Source of the DNA: SAR86 cluster bacterium SAR86B
GTDB lineage: Bacteria > Pseudomonadota > Gammaproteobacteria > Magnimaribacterales > D2472
NCBI GenBank assembly: GCA_905181955.1
Contig: CAJJAC010000007.1
Location: 130,418-194,417, forward strand
DNA length: 64,000 nt
Reading direction: 5' to 3'
Of this stretch, positions 7,904 through 16,722 are shown piece by piece. Every line of letters begins with the position of its first letter. Position 1 is the first letter of the stretch. The position numbers and the translations under genes are program-made. Below the pieces are notes generated by a model. The model did no database searches and was not told where the DNA came from. It worked only from the letters and a program-made list of their open reading frames with translations.

Positions 7904-9880
7904 ATGAAAAACCTAAAGATCTTTTTTGTATTAATTTTTATAATAAGTTCATGCTCTGAATCAGCTTCTCAAATAGATAACCCCCAGTCATTAAATCAAG
8001 AAAAGCCATTAACAGATAATCAGATTAAATTAAGGCCTGCACCAAATCCAGATATGAATGCATATTTTGGTGATTTACATGTTCATACACAAAACTCTTT
8101 TGATGCTTACAGTTTTGGAACAATAAGCACTCCAGCTCATGCATATCGTTATGCTCAAGGTCAGGCAATTCTTCATCCTACTGGGTACCAAATCCAACTT
8201 AGTCGACCACTAGATTTTTATGCTGTTACTGATCATGCAATGTTTATGGGCTTGCTAAAAGAGGCCGCTGATACAAGTTCTAAGTTTTCCCAATATAAAC
8301 TTTCAGAACCCTTCCACAATCTTAATGAATCAGTAAATGGTGGGCTTTATTCAATTTTTAAAAGGGCAAACCTCTTTAGACCTTTTGCAATATCTGTTCG
8401 TGAAAGTTTAGAAGAGGGCACTATAGAAAAATCTGAAGTGCTTAAAATTGGAAGCAGTGTTTGGCAAGAAACCATTAAGGCTGCAGATAATGCATATGTT
8501 CCTGGCACCTTTACTACTTTTGCAGGCTATGAATATTCGCAAGGAAGCGCCTCACCTATCTTAGATACTCTTCATCGCAATGTAATTTTTCGTGATACCC
8601 AGAATTTGCCTACACGGATTTTTTCAAGACTTGATAGCTCAGATCCAGAAAAGTTATGGGATTGGATGGATGATCTCAGAGCCAAAGGAGTTGAAAGTTT
8701 AGCGATCCCGCATAATTCAAACCTCTCAGGCGGTCTTTCGTTTATGTTAGATGATTTTAACGGAGTTGAAATTGATCAAAACTTTGCCCAAAAGCGAGCT
8801 CTTAATGAACCACTAACTGAAATAACGCAGGTAAAGGGAACTTCAGAAACTCACCCCTTACTATCAAAAAATGATGAATGGGCAAGTTTTGAATTAGGTG
8901 AATCTATAGACCAACCTATAGATCAACCCAAAGGAAGTTATATAAGAGATGCATATTTACGAGGTTTAGCACTTGCTGAAAAGGGCATTACCAATCCTTA
9001 TAAATTTGGTCTTATAGGAGCAAGCGACACTCATGTCGGTGGGGGTTCCGATAACGAAGAGGTATATTTTTCTAAAATTGGTGTTTTAGATGGTACTGCT
9101 GAGTTACGAGGCTCTATTCCATTTAGTCGGTTTTATGGAACTATTGCAAAAGTTATTAGACCAGAGTCTCTCGATAAAGTTGATGGAAAACATTATCTTG
9201 CTTTGAGTGATCGACTTATACAATGGTCAGCTTCTGGTGTAGCTGGGGTATGGGCTCAAGAAAATACTCGAGAATCAATTTATGATGCCTTTCGTCGCAA
9301 AGAAACATTTGCTACAAGTGGCCCAAGAATTAAAGTTCGTTTTTTTGCAGGCTATGATTTAAAAAATTTAAATTTAGATGATCAAAATCTTATAAAAGAT
9401 TTATATGCTACAGGCATATCAATGGGTGGAACACTTAGTAAAGAGAGTAATAAAGAGCCAACTTTTCTTGTCTGGGCAATTCGAGACCCTCTTGGAGCTC
9501 CTCTGCAGAGAACACAAATTATAAAAGGCTGGCTGGAAGATGGAGAGCATCGGGAAAAAGTCTTTGATGTCGCATGTTCTGATGGATTAAGTATCGATCC
9601 TGAGACATATCGCTGCCCTGATAATGGAGCTCGTGTTGACCTTACAAGCTGTTCAATAAGTGCTAATGAAGGAGCTACAGAATTAAAAACTTTTTGGAAA
9701 GATCCGGATTTTAAAGAAGATCAAGAAGCTTTTTACTATACAAGAGTCCTTGAAAATCCAGTATGCCGATGGTCAACTTGGGATTCTATTCGAGAGGGTG
9801 TTTTACCTAGATCAGATATACCAGCTACAATTCAAGAAAGGGCATGGTCCTCTCCTATTTGGATGACAGTAGATAATTAA
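7904..9880 (+). CDS. DUF3604-like lipoprotein (PHP-type metal-binding N-terminus), function unknown
   Basis: MKNLKIFFVLIFIISSC lipoprotein signal; I prefer the ATG at 7904 over the TTG at 7895. YFGDLHVHTQNSFDAY matches the HxH...D PHP-like start typical of DUF3604. Long exported domain with a Cys-rich C-terminus. Confidence 0.72.
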   Translation: MKNLKIFFVLIFIISSCSESASQIDNPQSLNQEKPLTDNQIKLRPAPNPDMNAYFGDLHVHTQNSFDAYSFGTISTPAHAYRYAQGQAILHPTGYQIQLSRPLDFYAVTDHAMFMGLLKEAADTSSKFSQYKLSEPFHNLNESVNGGLYSIFKRANLFRPFAISVRESLEEGTIEKSEVLKIGSSVWQETIKAADNAYVPGTFTTFAGYEYSQGSASPILDTLHRNVIFRDTQNLPTRIFSRLDSSDPEKLWDWMDDLRAKGVESLAIPHNSNLSGGLSFMLDDFNGVEIDQNFAQKRALNEPLTEITQVKGTSETHPLLSKNDEWASFELGESIDQPIDQPKGSYIRDAYLRGLALAEKGITNPYKFGLIGASDTHVGGGSDNEEVYFSKIGVLDGTAELRGSIPFSRFYGTIAKVIRPESLDKVDGKHYLALSDRLIQWSASGVAGVWAQENTRESIYDAFRRKETFATSGPRIKVRFFAGYDLKNLNLDDQNLIKDLYATGISMGGTLSKESNKEPTFLVWAIRDPLGAPLQRTQIIKGWLEDGEHREKVFDVACSDGLSIDPETYRCPDNGARVDLTSCSISANEGATELKTFWKDPDFKEDQEAFYYTRVLENPVCRWSTWDSIREGVLPRSDIPATIQERAWSSPIWMTVDN

Positions 9881-9889
9881 AAAATTTTA

Positions 9890-10993
9890 ATGTACCAGCT
9901 ACAAACTTATAAACAAGATATAACAAAAACAAGAATTGTTGAATCTGATAATACTGAGTCTTCTTTAGTCAATGGAGAGGTTTTAGTAAAAATTGAGAGC
10001 TTTGGTTTTACTTCTAATAACGTTACCTATGGAGTTGCTGGAGATACTATTGGCTATTGGAAATTTTTTCCTGCTATAGAGGATTCAAAAAATGAGTGGG
10101 GCTGCATCCCTGTTTGGGGTTTTGCAGAAGTTACTCATTCAACCAATAAAGATATAGAGGTGGGAGAAAGACTATTTGGTTATTTTCCTCCATCTGATTC
10201 ACTAAACTTAATCCCAATAAAAATAACTGATCAAGGCTTCACTGATGGCAAAGATCACCGTAAAGACCTTCCTGCTGTCTATAATAATTACATTAGACTC
10301 TCTGGAGAGATGAATTATGACAGCTCTATGGATAACATCAGATCTCTTCTTTTTCCATTACATATAACTTCCTTTTGTTTATGTGATGCTCTTCAAGATG
10401 AATCTTATCTTGGAGCATCTCAAGTTATTATTGTTAGCGCATCCAGCAAAACCGCAATAGGTCTTGCACAAGGTCTGGCTGACACAAATAAAGCTCCAAA
10501 AATTATTGGTCTTACATCAACTAAAAATGCTGATTTTGTTAATAGTTTAGATTGCTATGACGAAGTTATTTCATATGATCAACTATCCTCTATTAACAGC
10601 AATCTTAAGTCAGTAATGGTTGATATGGCCGGTAGCCGAGAAATTCTAGGCACTCTGCATGGTTTGCTTGGGGATAATATGCTCAAATGCTTTACTGTTG
10701 GAATGACTCATTGGGATAATAAAATAACAGCAGAAGATGCTTTAGGCCAAGCAATGCTGAGAGATCGAACAGAATTCTTTTTTGCTCCATCTCATATTCA
10801 AAAACGAGTTAAAGATTGGGGCTATGAAGGTTACAACCAAAAAATAAATACATTTATGTCATCAAGAGTAATTCAAAGTAAGAAATGGATGAAAGTTAAA
10901 GAAATTGTTGGTATAAATATTTTTTTACCCACTTATAACAAAATTGTTGCTGGAGACATAAATCCTAAGGAAGGAATAATTGTCAAAATATAG
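9890..10993 (+). CDS. DUF2855-like protein (resembles a medium-chain dehydrogenase/reductase fold), function unknown
   Basis: 367-aa ORF 9 nt after the DUF3604 gene. GroES-like N-terminus GEVLVKIESFGFTSNNVTYG. Central VIIVSASSKTAIGLAQGL is Rossmann-like but lacks a classical GxGxxG. Confidence 0.6.
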   Translation: MYQLQTYKQDITKTRIVESDNTESSLVNGEVLVKIESFGFTSNNVTYGVAGDTIGYWKFFPAIEDSKNEWGCIPVWGFAEVTHSTNKDIEVGERLFGYFPPSDSLNLIPIKITDQGFTDGKDHRKDLPAVYNNYIRLSGEMNYDSSMDNIRSLLFPLHITSFCLCDALQDESYLGASQVIIVSASSKTAIGLAQGLADTNKAPKIIGLTSTKNADFVNSLDCYDEVISYDQLSSINSNLKSVMVDMAGSREILGTLHGLLGDNMLKCFTVGMTHWDNKITAEDALGQAMLRDRTEFFFAPSHIQKRVKDWGYEGYNQKINTFMSSRVIQSKKWMKVKEIVGINIFLPTYNKIVAGDINPKEGIIVKI

Positions 10994-11073
10994 AAGGCAA
11001 TCGCTAGATCATATCAATTAAAGGCTTTGTAAAGAAAAAAAGACGTAAATTTTTTATTAATTAAAAGTAATAG

Positions 11074-12354
11074 TTATTTGTCTTTAAAGAAATCTAATAT
11101 AGTTTCTATATCAGAAATTGGATTTATAGAACTATCCCCACTTCTAGACTTTAATTCAATTTCTTTATTTTCAATAAATTGCTTACCAATAATAATATTT
11201 AAAGGAATACCGATTAATTCAGAATCCTTCATTTTAGTTCCGTAACCATCTTTTCTATCATCTAAAAGAACGTCATAACCCATACCTTTTAGTTGATTAT
11301 AAAGATCGTTAGATGCTGAAGCGATCTCTTCATTTTTATCGTATCCAATAGCTATAATATTTATATCATATGGTGCAATACTCTGAGGCCAAATAATCCC
11401 CTTATCATCATTATTTTGCTCAATTGCAGCAGCTACTAATCTTGAAACTCCAATCCCATAACAACCCATAAATAAAGTAGATGCTCTACCTTCTTTATTG
11501 AGAACATTTGCTTTCATTGAATCAGCATAAATTTGACCTAATTTAAATATATGACCCACTTCTATACCTTTCTTGATTTCAATTGTTCCATTACCATCAG
11601 GTGAAGGCTTGCCCTCAAGTGTCTTGATATCTTCACCATCTTTTAATAGCAACTCTGTATTTATAGCAAATTCAGAAGCATCACTTACAGCTATAGTATC
11701 TTCTCCATTATCTGCCAATACATGAAATTCTTCCGAGCTGTCGCCACCTATTGCTCCAGAGTCTGCAGCTGATATTTTATATTCAAGCTCCATTCTTTCT
11801 AGAATCTTTTTATATGTATTTCTCATGGTTAAATATGTTTCTTGAAGAGAATCTTCATCTATATTAAAACTATAAGAATCTTTCATAAGAAATTCTCTTC
11901 CACGCATAATCCCATAGCGAGGCCTTACCTCATCTCTAAACTTTGTTTGAATTTGATAAATATTTAATGGAAGCTCTTTGTAGCTTTTTACATTAGTACG
12001 AATTATGTCAGTTATAACTTCTTCATGAGTTGGCCCAAGACAAAAATCTCTATCATGCCTATCCTTGATTCTTAACAATTCTGGTCCCATTTTTTCCCAT
12101 CTTTTAGTTTCTTCCCATAATTCTTTTGGTTGAACCATTGGCATGAAAACTTCTTGCGCTCCAGATGCGTCCATCTCTTCTCTAACAATGTTCTCAATTT
12201 TTCTGAGAACTTTTAAACCAAGAGGAAGCCAGGTATAGATTCCAGAAGCAACTTTTCTAATCATTCCAGCTCTTAGCATGAGCTTATGACTAATTACTTC
12301 TGCTTCGTTGGGAGCATCTTTTAGTGTTGGTAATAGTAGTTTTGAAAGTAGCAT
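11074..12354 (-). CDS. proS: Prolyl-tRNA synthetase, short form lacking the INS editing domain
   Basis: MLLSKLLLPTLKDAPNEAEVISHKLMLRAGMIRK, FRDEVRPRYGIMRGREFLMKDSYSF (motif 2) and GCYGIGVSRLVAAAIEQ (motif 3). Only about 20 residues lie between FHVLADNGEDTIAVSD... and PSPDGNGTIEIKKGIEVGHIF, where E. coli ProRS carries the INS domain of roughly 180 aa. Total length 426 aa. Confidence 0.93.
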   Translation of the reverse strand: MLLSKLLLPTLKDAPNEAEVISHKLMLRAGMIRKVASGIYTWLPLGLKVLRKIENIVREEMDASGAQEVFMPMVQPKELWEETKRWEKMGPELLRIKDRHDRDFCLGPTHEEVITDIIRTNVKSYKELPLNIYQIQTKFRDEVRPRYGIMRGREFLMKDSYSFNIDEDSLQETYLTMRNTYKKILERMELEYKISAADSGAIGGDSSEEFHVLADNGEDTIAVSDASEFAINTELLLKDGEDIKTLEGKPSPDGNGTIEIKKGIEVGHIFKLGQIYADSMKANVLNKEGRASTLFMGCYGIGVSRLVAAAIEQNNDDKGIIWPQSIAPYDINIIAIGYDKNEEIASASNDLYNQLKGMGYDVLLDDRKDGYGTKMKDSELIGIPLNIIIGKQFIENKEIELKSRSGDSSINPISDIETILDFFKDK

Positions 12355-12416
12355 TTTATTATTTTTGTTATATAAAAATTCTTATAGTTTATAATTTTAT
12401 ATTTTTTTAGAGACTT

Positions 12417-12710
12417 ATGCCGATTTATGACTATAAATGTTTAGAATGCGACCATCAATTTGAAGTAATTCAGAAATTTTCTGATGAACCTTTAAAAAAA
12501 TGTCCAGAATGCAATCTTAATACAGTTTCCAAAATGGTTTCTGCTCCATCCTTTAGATTAAAGGGTGCAGGATGGTATGAGACAGATTTTAAGACTGGAA
12601 CAAAAAAAAATATTGCTTTAGATGATAAAAAAAATGAATCTAGTTCGAAGAAAGACAATAAACAAGATAAAATTAACACAAAGAACTCTAAGGATAAAAA
12701 GGCAGGATAA
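12417..12710 (+). CDS. FmdB-family zinc-ribbon protein
   Basis: MPIYDYKCLECDHQFEVIQKFSDEPLKKCPECN has CxxC...CxxC in the canonical FmdB arrangement, followed by a Lys-rich low-complexity tail. Confidence 0.8.
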   Translation: MPIYDYKCLECDHQFEVIQKFSDEPLKKCPECNLNTVSKMVSAPSFRLKGAGWYETDFKTGTKKNIALDDKKNESSSKKDNKQDKINTKNSKDKKAG

Positions 12711-12712
12711 TT

Positions 12713-14482
12713 ATGCGATCACATTATTGTGGTGAAGTGACATCAAAAGATCTTGATACCAATATTTCTATTTGTGGCTGGGTGCACAGAAGAAGAGATC
12801 ATGGCGGTATTATTTTTCTTGATATAAGAGATATTAGGGGAATATGTCAGGTTGTTGTAAACCCTGAAAATAAATTAGCTTTTGAAATAGCGGATAATTG
12901 TAGAAATGAATTTGTAATTAAAGTTTCAGGAATGGTCTTAACAAGACCTGAAGGAACCATCAACAGCAATATGCCTACTGGAGAAATTGAATTAGAGGCA
13001 GAGAATATTGAGCTTTTAAATAAAGCAGTTACTCCGGCTTTTCCATTAGATAATTATCAGGACGTAAATGAGGATGTTAGATTAAAGAATAGAGTTCTTG
13101 ATTTAAGACGTCCTGAAATGAATCATAGAATTGTTACAAGGTCTAAAATAACCTCTGTAATTAGAAATTACCTTGAAGATAATAACTTTCATGAAATTGA
13201 AACGCCCATTCTAACAAGAGCTACACCTGAGGGAGCAAGAGACTATATTCTTCCTAGTAGAGTTCATCCGGGTAGCTTCTTTGCTTTACCTCAATCACCT
13301 CAATTATTTAAGCAGCTATTAATGATGGGAGGATTTGATAAATATTATCAGATTGCCAGATGCTTTAGAGATGAAGATCTCAGAGCTGATAGACAACCTG
13401 AATTTACCCAAGTTGACATAGAAGCATCCTTTGTAGAAACAAAAGATATTATTTCAACAGGTACTGAAATGATGAAGCTTTTATTAAATAAATTTGTTAA
13501 CCATCAAATTGAAGAAATTCCTGCATTAAATTGGCATCAATCAATGGAAGAGTATGGCTGTGACAAGCCTGATCTAAGAATCCCTTTAAAGCTTGTTGAA
13601 ATATCTAATTTAGTTGCAAATGAAGAGTTTAAAGTTTTTTCTGGACCAGCTAAAGATAAAGAGTCTCGAGTTGTTGCCCTTAAAATTCCTAATGGAAATT
13701 CTTTATCAAGAGGCCAGATTGATGAATATACAAAATATGTAGGAAAGCTTGGAGCTAAAGGACTAGCTTACATAAAAATTAATGATGTAAATGATCTTGA
13801 AAACGGCTTGCAATCTCCAATTTTAAAATTCCTTCATCAAGATACCATTAAAAGCTTAGTAGAAAATTTAGATCTTCAAAGTGATGATCTTTTATTTTTT
13901 GGTGCAGGCTCTAACAATGTTGTGAACTTGAGTATGAGTAGCTTAATCAAAAAAATTGGAAAAGATCTAAATCTTTATACTTGCAAATGGGCACCTTGCT
14001 GGATAGTTGATTTTCCTATGTTTGAAAAAAATAAGGAAGGTAATTTAACCTCACTACACCATCCATTTACTATGCCAAAGTCATCTCTTGATGAGTTAGT
14101 TGATTCCCCAGAAAGCGTTATTGCAGAGGCTTATGACATAGTTCTGAATGGTTATGAAGTTGGTGGTGGATCATTAAGGGTTCATAGTCCAAATATGCAA
14201 GAAGCAATCTTTAAAGCATTAAATATTTCTGATGAAGAAGCTCAAAATAAATTTGGTTTCTTGTTAAAGGCATTATCTTCAGGTTGTCCACCTCATGGAG
14301 GTATAGCATTTGGCCTTGATCGCTTAGTTATGCTTTTAACTGATACTGCAAATATAAGAGACGTCATAGCATTTCCAAAAACTCAAAGCGCTTCTTGCCT
14401 TTTAACAGAAGCACCAAACTCAGTTGATGAAAATCAATTAGAGGAATTATTTATTGAGTCTACCTATAAAGAGGAAGAGTAA
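12713..14482 (+). CDS. aspS: Aspartyl-tRNA synthetase
   Basis: MRSHYCGEV..., GWVHRRRDHGGIIFLDIRD (OB domain), FRDEDLRADRQPEFTQVD (motif 2) and GGIAFGLDRLVMLL (motif 3). 589 aa, bacterial type. Confidence 0.96.
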   Translation: MRSHYCGEVTSKDLDTNISICGWVHRRRDHGGIIFLDIRDIRGICQVVVNPENKLAFEIADNCRNEFVIKVSGMVLTRPEGTINSNMPTGEIELEAENIELLNKAVTPAFPLDNYQDVNEDVRLKNRVLDLRRPEMNHRIVTRSKITSVIRNYLEDNNFHEIETPILTRATPEGARDYILPSRVHPGSFFALPQSPQLFKQLLMMGGFDKYYQIARCFRDEDLRADRQPEFTQVDIEASFVETKDIISTGTEMMKLLLNKFVNHQIEEIPALNWHQSMEEYGCDKPDLRIPLKLVEISNLVANEEFKVFSGPAKDKESRVVALKIPNGNSLSRGQIDEYTKYVGKLGAKGLAYIKINDVNDLENGLQSPILKFLHQDTIKSLVENLDLQSDDLLFFGAGSNNVVNLSMSSLIKKIGKDLNLYTCKWAPCWIVDFPMFEKNKEGNLTSLHHPFTMPKSSLDELVDSPESVIAEAYDIVLNGYEVGGGSLRVHSPNMQEAIFKALNISDEEAQNKFGFLLKALSSGCPPHGGIAFGLDRLVMLLTDTANIRDVIAFPKTQSASCLLTEAPNSVDENQLEELFIESTYKEEE

Positions 14483-15219
14483 TGGCTGGACATTCCAAAT
14501 GGGCAAATATAAAGCATAGAAAAGCTAGACAAGATGCCTCACGTGGAAAAGTTTGGACAAAAGTTATAAGGGAAATCACAGTCGCTGCAAAAGGAGGACC
14601 AGATCCTGCAGATAATCCTAGATTACGACTGGCATTAGATAAAGCAAATGCATCTAATATGCCTAAAGATAATATTAAAAGAGCAATTCAGAAAGGCTCT
14701 GGTACAGGTGAGATGGGAGCAATTGAAGAGATTACATTTGAGGGTTATGGACCAAATGGGGTTGCTATATTAGTTGAGACCATGACAGATAATCGAAATA
14801 GAACTGTAGCTGATGTCAGACACGCCTTTTCAAAATTTGGAGGCAACTTGGGAACAGATGGCTCAGTTGCATATCTTTTCAATAAGATTGGAGTAATTAA
14901 TATTGCTAGCTCTTATGATGAAGACACTGTCATGGAAATAGCTCTTGATGCAGGTGCAGATGATATGTCTTCCAATGAAGATGGTTATGAAGTTGTTACA
15001 ACTCCTATAAATCTTGGTAAAGTTATAGAAGCTTTATCTGCTAGTAATATAGAAACTCTTGAAGCTGAAGTTGCAACAAGAGCTGATATCTTGGTTGACC
15101 TTGATGTGGAAGCATCAGAAAAAGTTTTAAAGATTATGAATTTTATGGATGACTTAGATGATGTTCAAGAAGTTCATACAAATGGAGAGTTTGCTGATGA
15201 TTTTGAGATTGAGGAATAG
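14482..15219 (+). CDS. yebC: YebC/PmpR family transcriptional regulator
   Basis: MAGHSKWANIKHRKARQDASRGKVWTKVIREITVAAK is the hallmark YebC N-terminus. TAATG junction with aspS. Confidence 0.93.
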   Translation: MAGHSKWANIKHRKARQDASRGKVWTKVIREITVAAKGGPDPADNPRLRLALDKANASNMPKDNIKRAIQKGSGTGEMGAIEEITFEGYGPNGVAILVETMTDNRNRTVADVRHAFSKFGGNLGTDGSVAYLFNKIGVINIASSYDEDTVMEIALDAGADDMSSNEDGYEVVTTPINLGKVIEALSASNIETLEAEVATRADILVDLDVEASEKVLKIMNFMDDLDDVQEVHTNGEFADDFEIEE

Positions 15220-15221
15220 TT

Positions 15222-15647
15222 TTGCCAGTTAATTCTAGAGCCAAGGGTGCAAATTTTGAAAGAGAAATTGGAAATTTATTGGTCCAAGATCTTAATTTAA
15301 TTAATCCAGTAAAGAGAATTCTTGAGCAGACCAGAACAAAAGAATTGCCTGATTTGAGGCTTGGCAGGTGGTGTATTGAGTGTAAAAGATATGGTGATGG
15401 TGGAGAGCCGCCAAAAGAATGGTGGGAACAAGTTTTAAAATCTTGTTCTGCAGAGTCTTTAATGCCTGCACTTATTTATAAATTTAACAGAAGACCAATC
15501 AAAGTTAGATTACTGGCATCTTCAATTAATCCAGCAATCCAAAATAAATTAATAACTGTGGATTTATTATGGGATGATTTTATAGAGATAATCTTAGAAT
15601 TATTTCAAAAAGATATTCAACTCCATGAAGAAACATTTCAAGTGTAA
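15222..15647 (+). CDS. Small PD-(D/E)xK nuclease-like protein resembling archaeal Hjc-type Holliday junction resolvases
   Basis: 141-aa ORF. TTG start at 15222 with a GAGGAA SD 7 nt upstream; there is no in-frame ATG before the conserved N-terminus. Motifs are SRAKGANFEREIGNLL (KGxxxERE), LPDL (Asp44) and CIECK (Glu53-x-Lys55). Spacing is similar to Pyrococcus Hjc (KGAQAERELIKLL ... VDLVA ... IEVK). It occupies the ruvC slot after yebC. Confidence 0.55.
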   Translation: MPVNSRAKGANFEREIGNLLVQDLNLINPVKRILEQTRTKELPDLRLGRWCIECKRYGDGGEPPKEWWEQVLKSCSAESLMPALIYKFNRRPIKVRLLASSINPAIQNKLITVDLLWDDFIEIILELFQKDIQLHEETFQV

Positions 15648-16032
15648 AGACTTTTCCTTAACAGTATTTTGTGAAGATACTGATTTTCAAGGAATTGTTT
15701 ACCATGCTAACTACCTAAAATATTTTGAAAGGGCTAGAACCCAATTTCTTATAGATCAGGATATATCTCAAATTTTACTCGAAGCATCTAAACTAGCTTT
15801 TGTTGTAAGAGACATCAATTTAAGATTTATTTCGCCAGCTAAACTTGAAGATAAACTTATTGTCAGAAGCTCGGTTCAATTCATTTCGAAGGCAAGATTG
15901 CTATTTTCTCAGCAAATAATTCAGTTAAATAATGATACTATTATATGTCGCGGAGGGGTTGAAGTATGTTTTGTAGATTTAATAAAAAACAAACCACGAT
16001 CTTTCCCTGAAAGGTTATTAAAAATTTTCTAA
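15625..16032 (+). CDS. ybgC: Tol-Pal-associated acyl-CoA thioesterase YbgC
   Basis: Hotdog-fold motif VFCEDTDFQGIVYHANYLKYFERARTQFL (compare E. coli [28 protein letters not shown]). Located directly upstream of tolQ. Confidence 0.85.
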   Translation: MKKHFKCKDFSLTVFCEDTDFQGIVYHANYLKYFERARTQFLIDQDISQILLEASKLAFVVRDINLRFISPAKLEDKLIVRSSVQFISKARLLFSQQIIQLNNDTIICRGGVEVCFVDLIKNKPRSFPERLLKIF

Positions 16033-16044
16033 TGGTTAACTTAT

Positions 16045-16722
16045 ATGAATGACATATCAACAATTAACTTATTCCTTGAGGCTGGATTAGTTGTAAAAAG
16101 CGTCATGGTAATATTATTATTAATTTCATTATTCTCTTGGATAATTATTTTTGAGAGATATTTTCTTTATAGAAAAATTAAAAGTCTAAACATTATTTTT
16201 GAGCGTAAATTCTGGTCTGGTGAAGATCTCAATACTTTATTTAAAGAAGTTAATAATAATGATCTTGTCTTATCAGGTTCCTCTAGTGTTTTCAGGAATG
16301 CTTTTAAAGAATTCAATCGTTTAAAGTCTGATGAGGATGTTAATGAGTTAGATTTAGAAGGAATCAATAGGTCTATGAGAGTAGCTATTGCTAGAGATGA
16401 AGAGGATATGAACAAGCACTTACCTTTTCTTGCAAATGCTGGATCAGTAAGTCCATACATAGGTTTACTTGGAACAGTTTGGGGAATAATGACCTCTTTT
16501 CAAGGGTTATCAGATGCCACACAAGCAACCATTAATGCGGTAGCTCCAGGTATTTCTGAGGCTTTAATAGCAACAGCTATGGGTCTTTTTGCAGCCATAC
16601 CAGCAGTTGTTGCTTATAATCGCTTTACTTCACAATCAGATTCTATTTCCCAATCAACAGCTATTTTTGCTGAAGAACTCGCTAGTATTTTTTATAGGCA
16701 GGTTTTAAAAAATAAGAAATGA
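16045..16722 (+). CDS. tolQ: Tol-Pal system protein TolQ
   Basis: MotA/TolQ/ExbB signature LANAGSVSPYIGLLGTVWGIM and APGISEALIATAMGLFAAIPAVVAYN. Confidence 0.93.
   Translation: MNDISTINLFLEAGLVVKSVMVILLLISLFSWIIIFERYFLYRKIKSLNIIFERKFWSGEDLNTLFKEVNNNDLVLSGSSSVFRNAFKEFNRLKSDEDVNELDLEGINRSMRVAIARDEEDMNKHLPFLANAGSVSPYIGLLGTVWGIMTSFQGLSDATQATINAVAPGISEALIATAMGLFAAIPAVVAYNRFTSQSDSISQSTAIFAEELASIFYRQVLKNKK

Noticed and set aside
8906-8929. A 12-bp tandem duplication, ATAGACCAACCT ATAGATCAACCC.
   Set aside because: It lies in frame inside the DUF3604 CDS and simply encodes IDQP-IDQP. There are only two copies and no spacer structure, so it is not a CRISPR or VNTR-type element.
7900-9880. An apparent higher G+C content in the DUF3604 gene, as a hint of horizontal transfer.
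   Set aside because: Spot counts of single 60-nt lines gave about 43% G+C here, about 40% in recA and about 22% in a membrane-protein gene. The variation tracks protein type rather than an island boundary, and I cannot compute proper windows by eye, so I make no claim.
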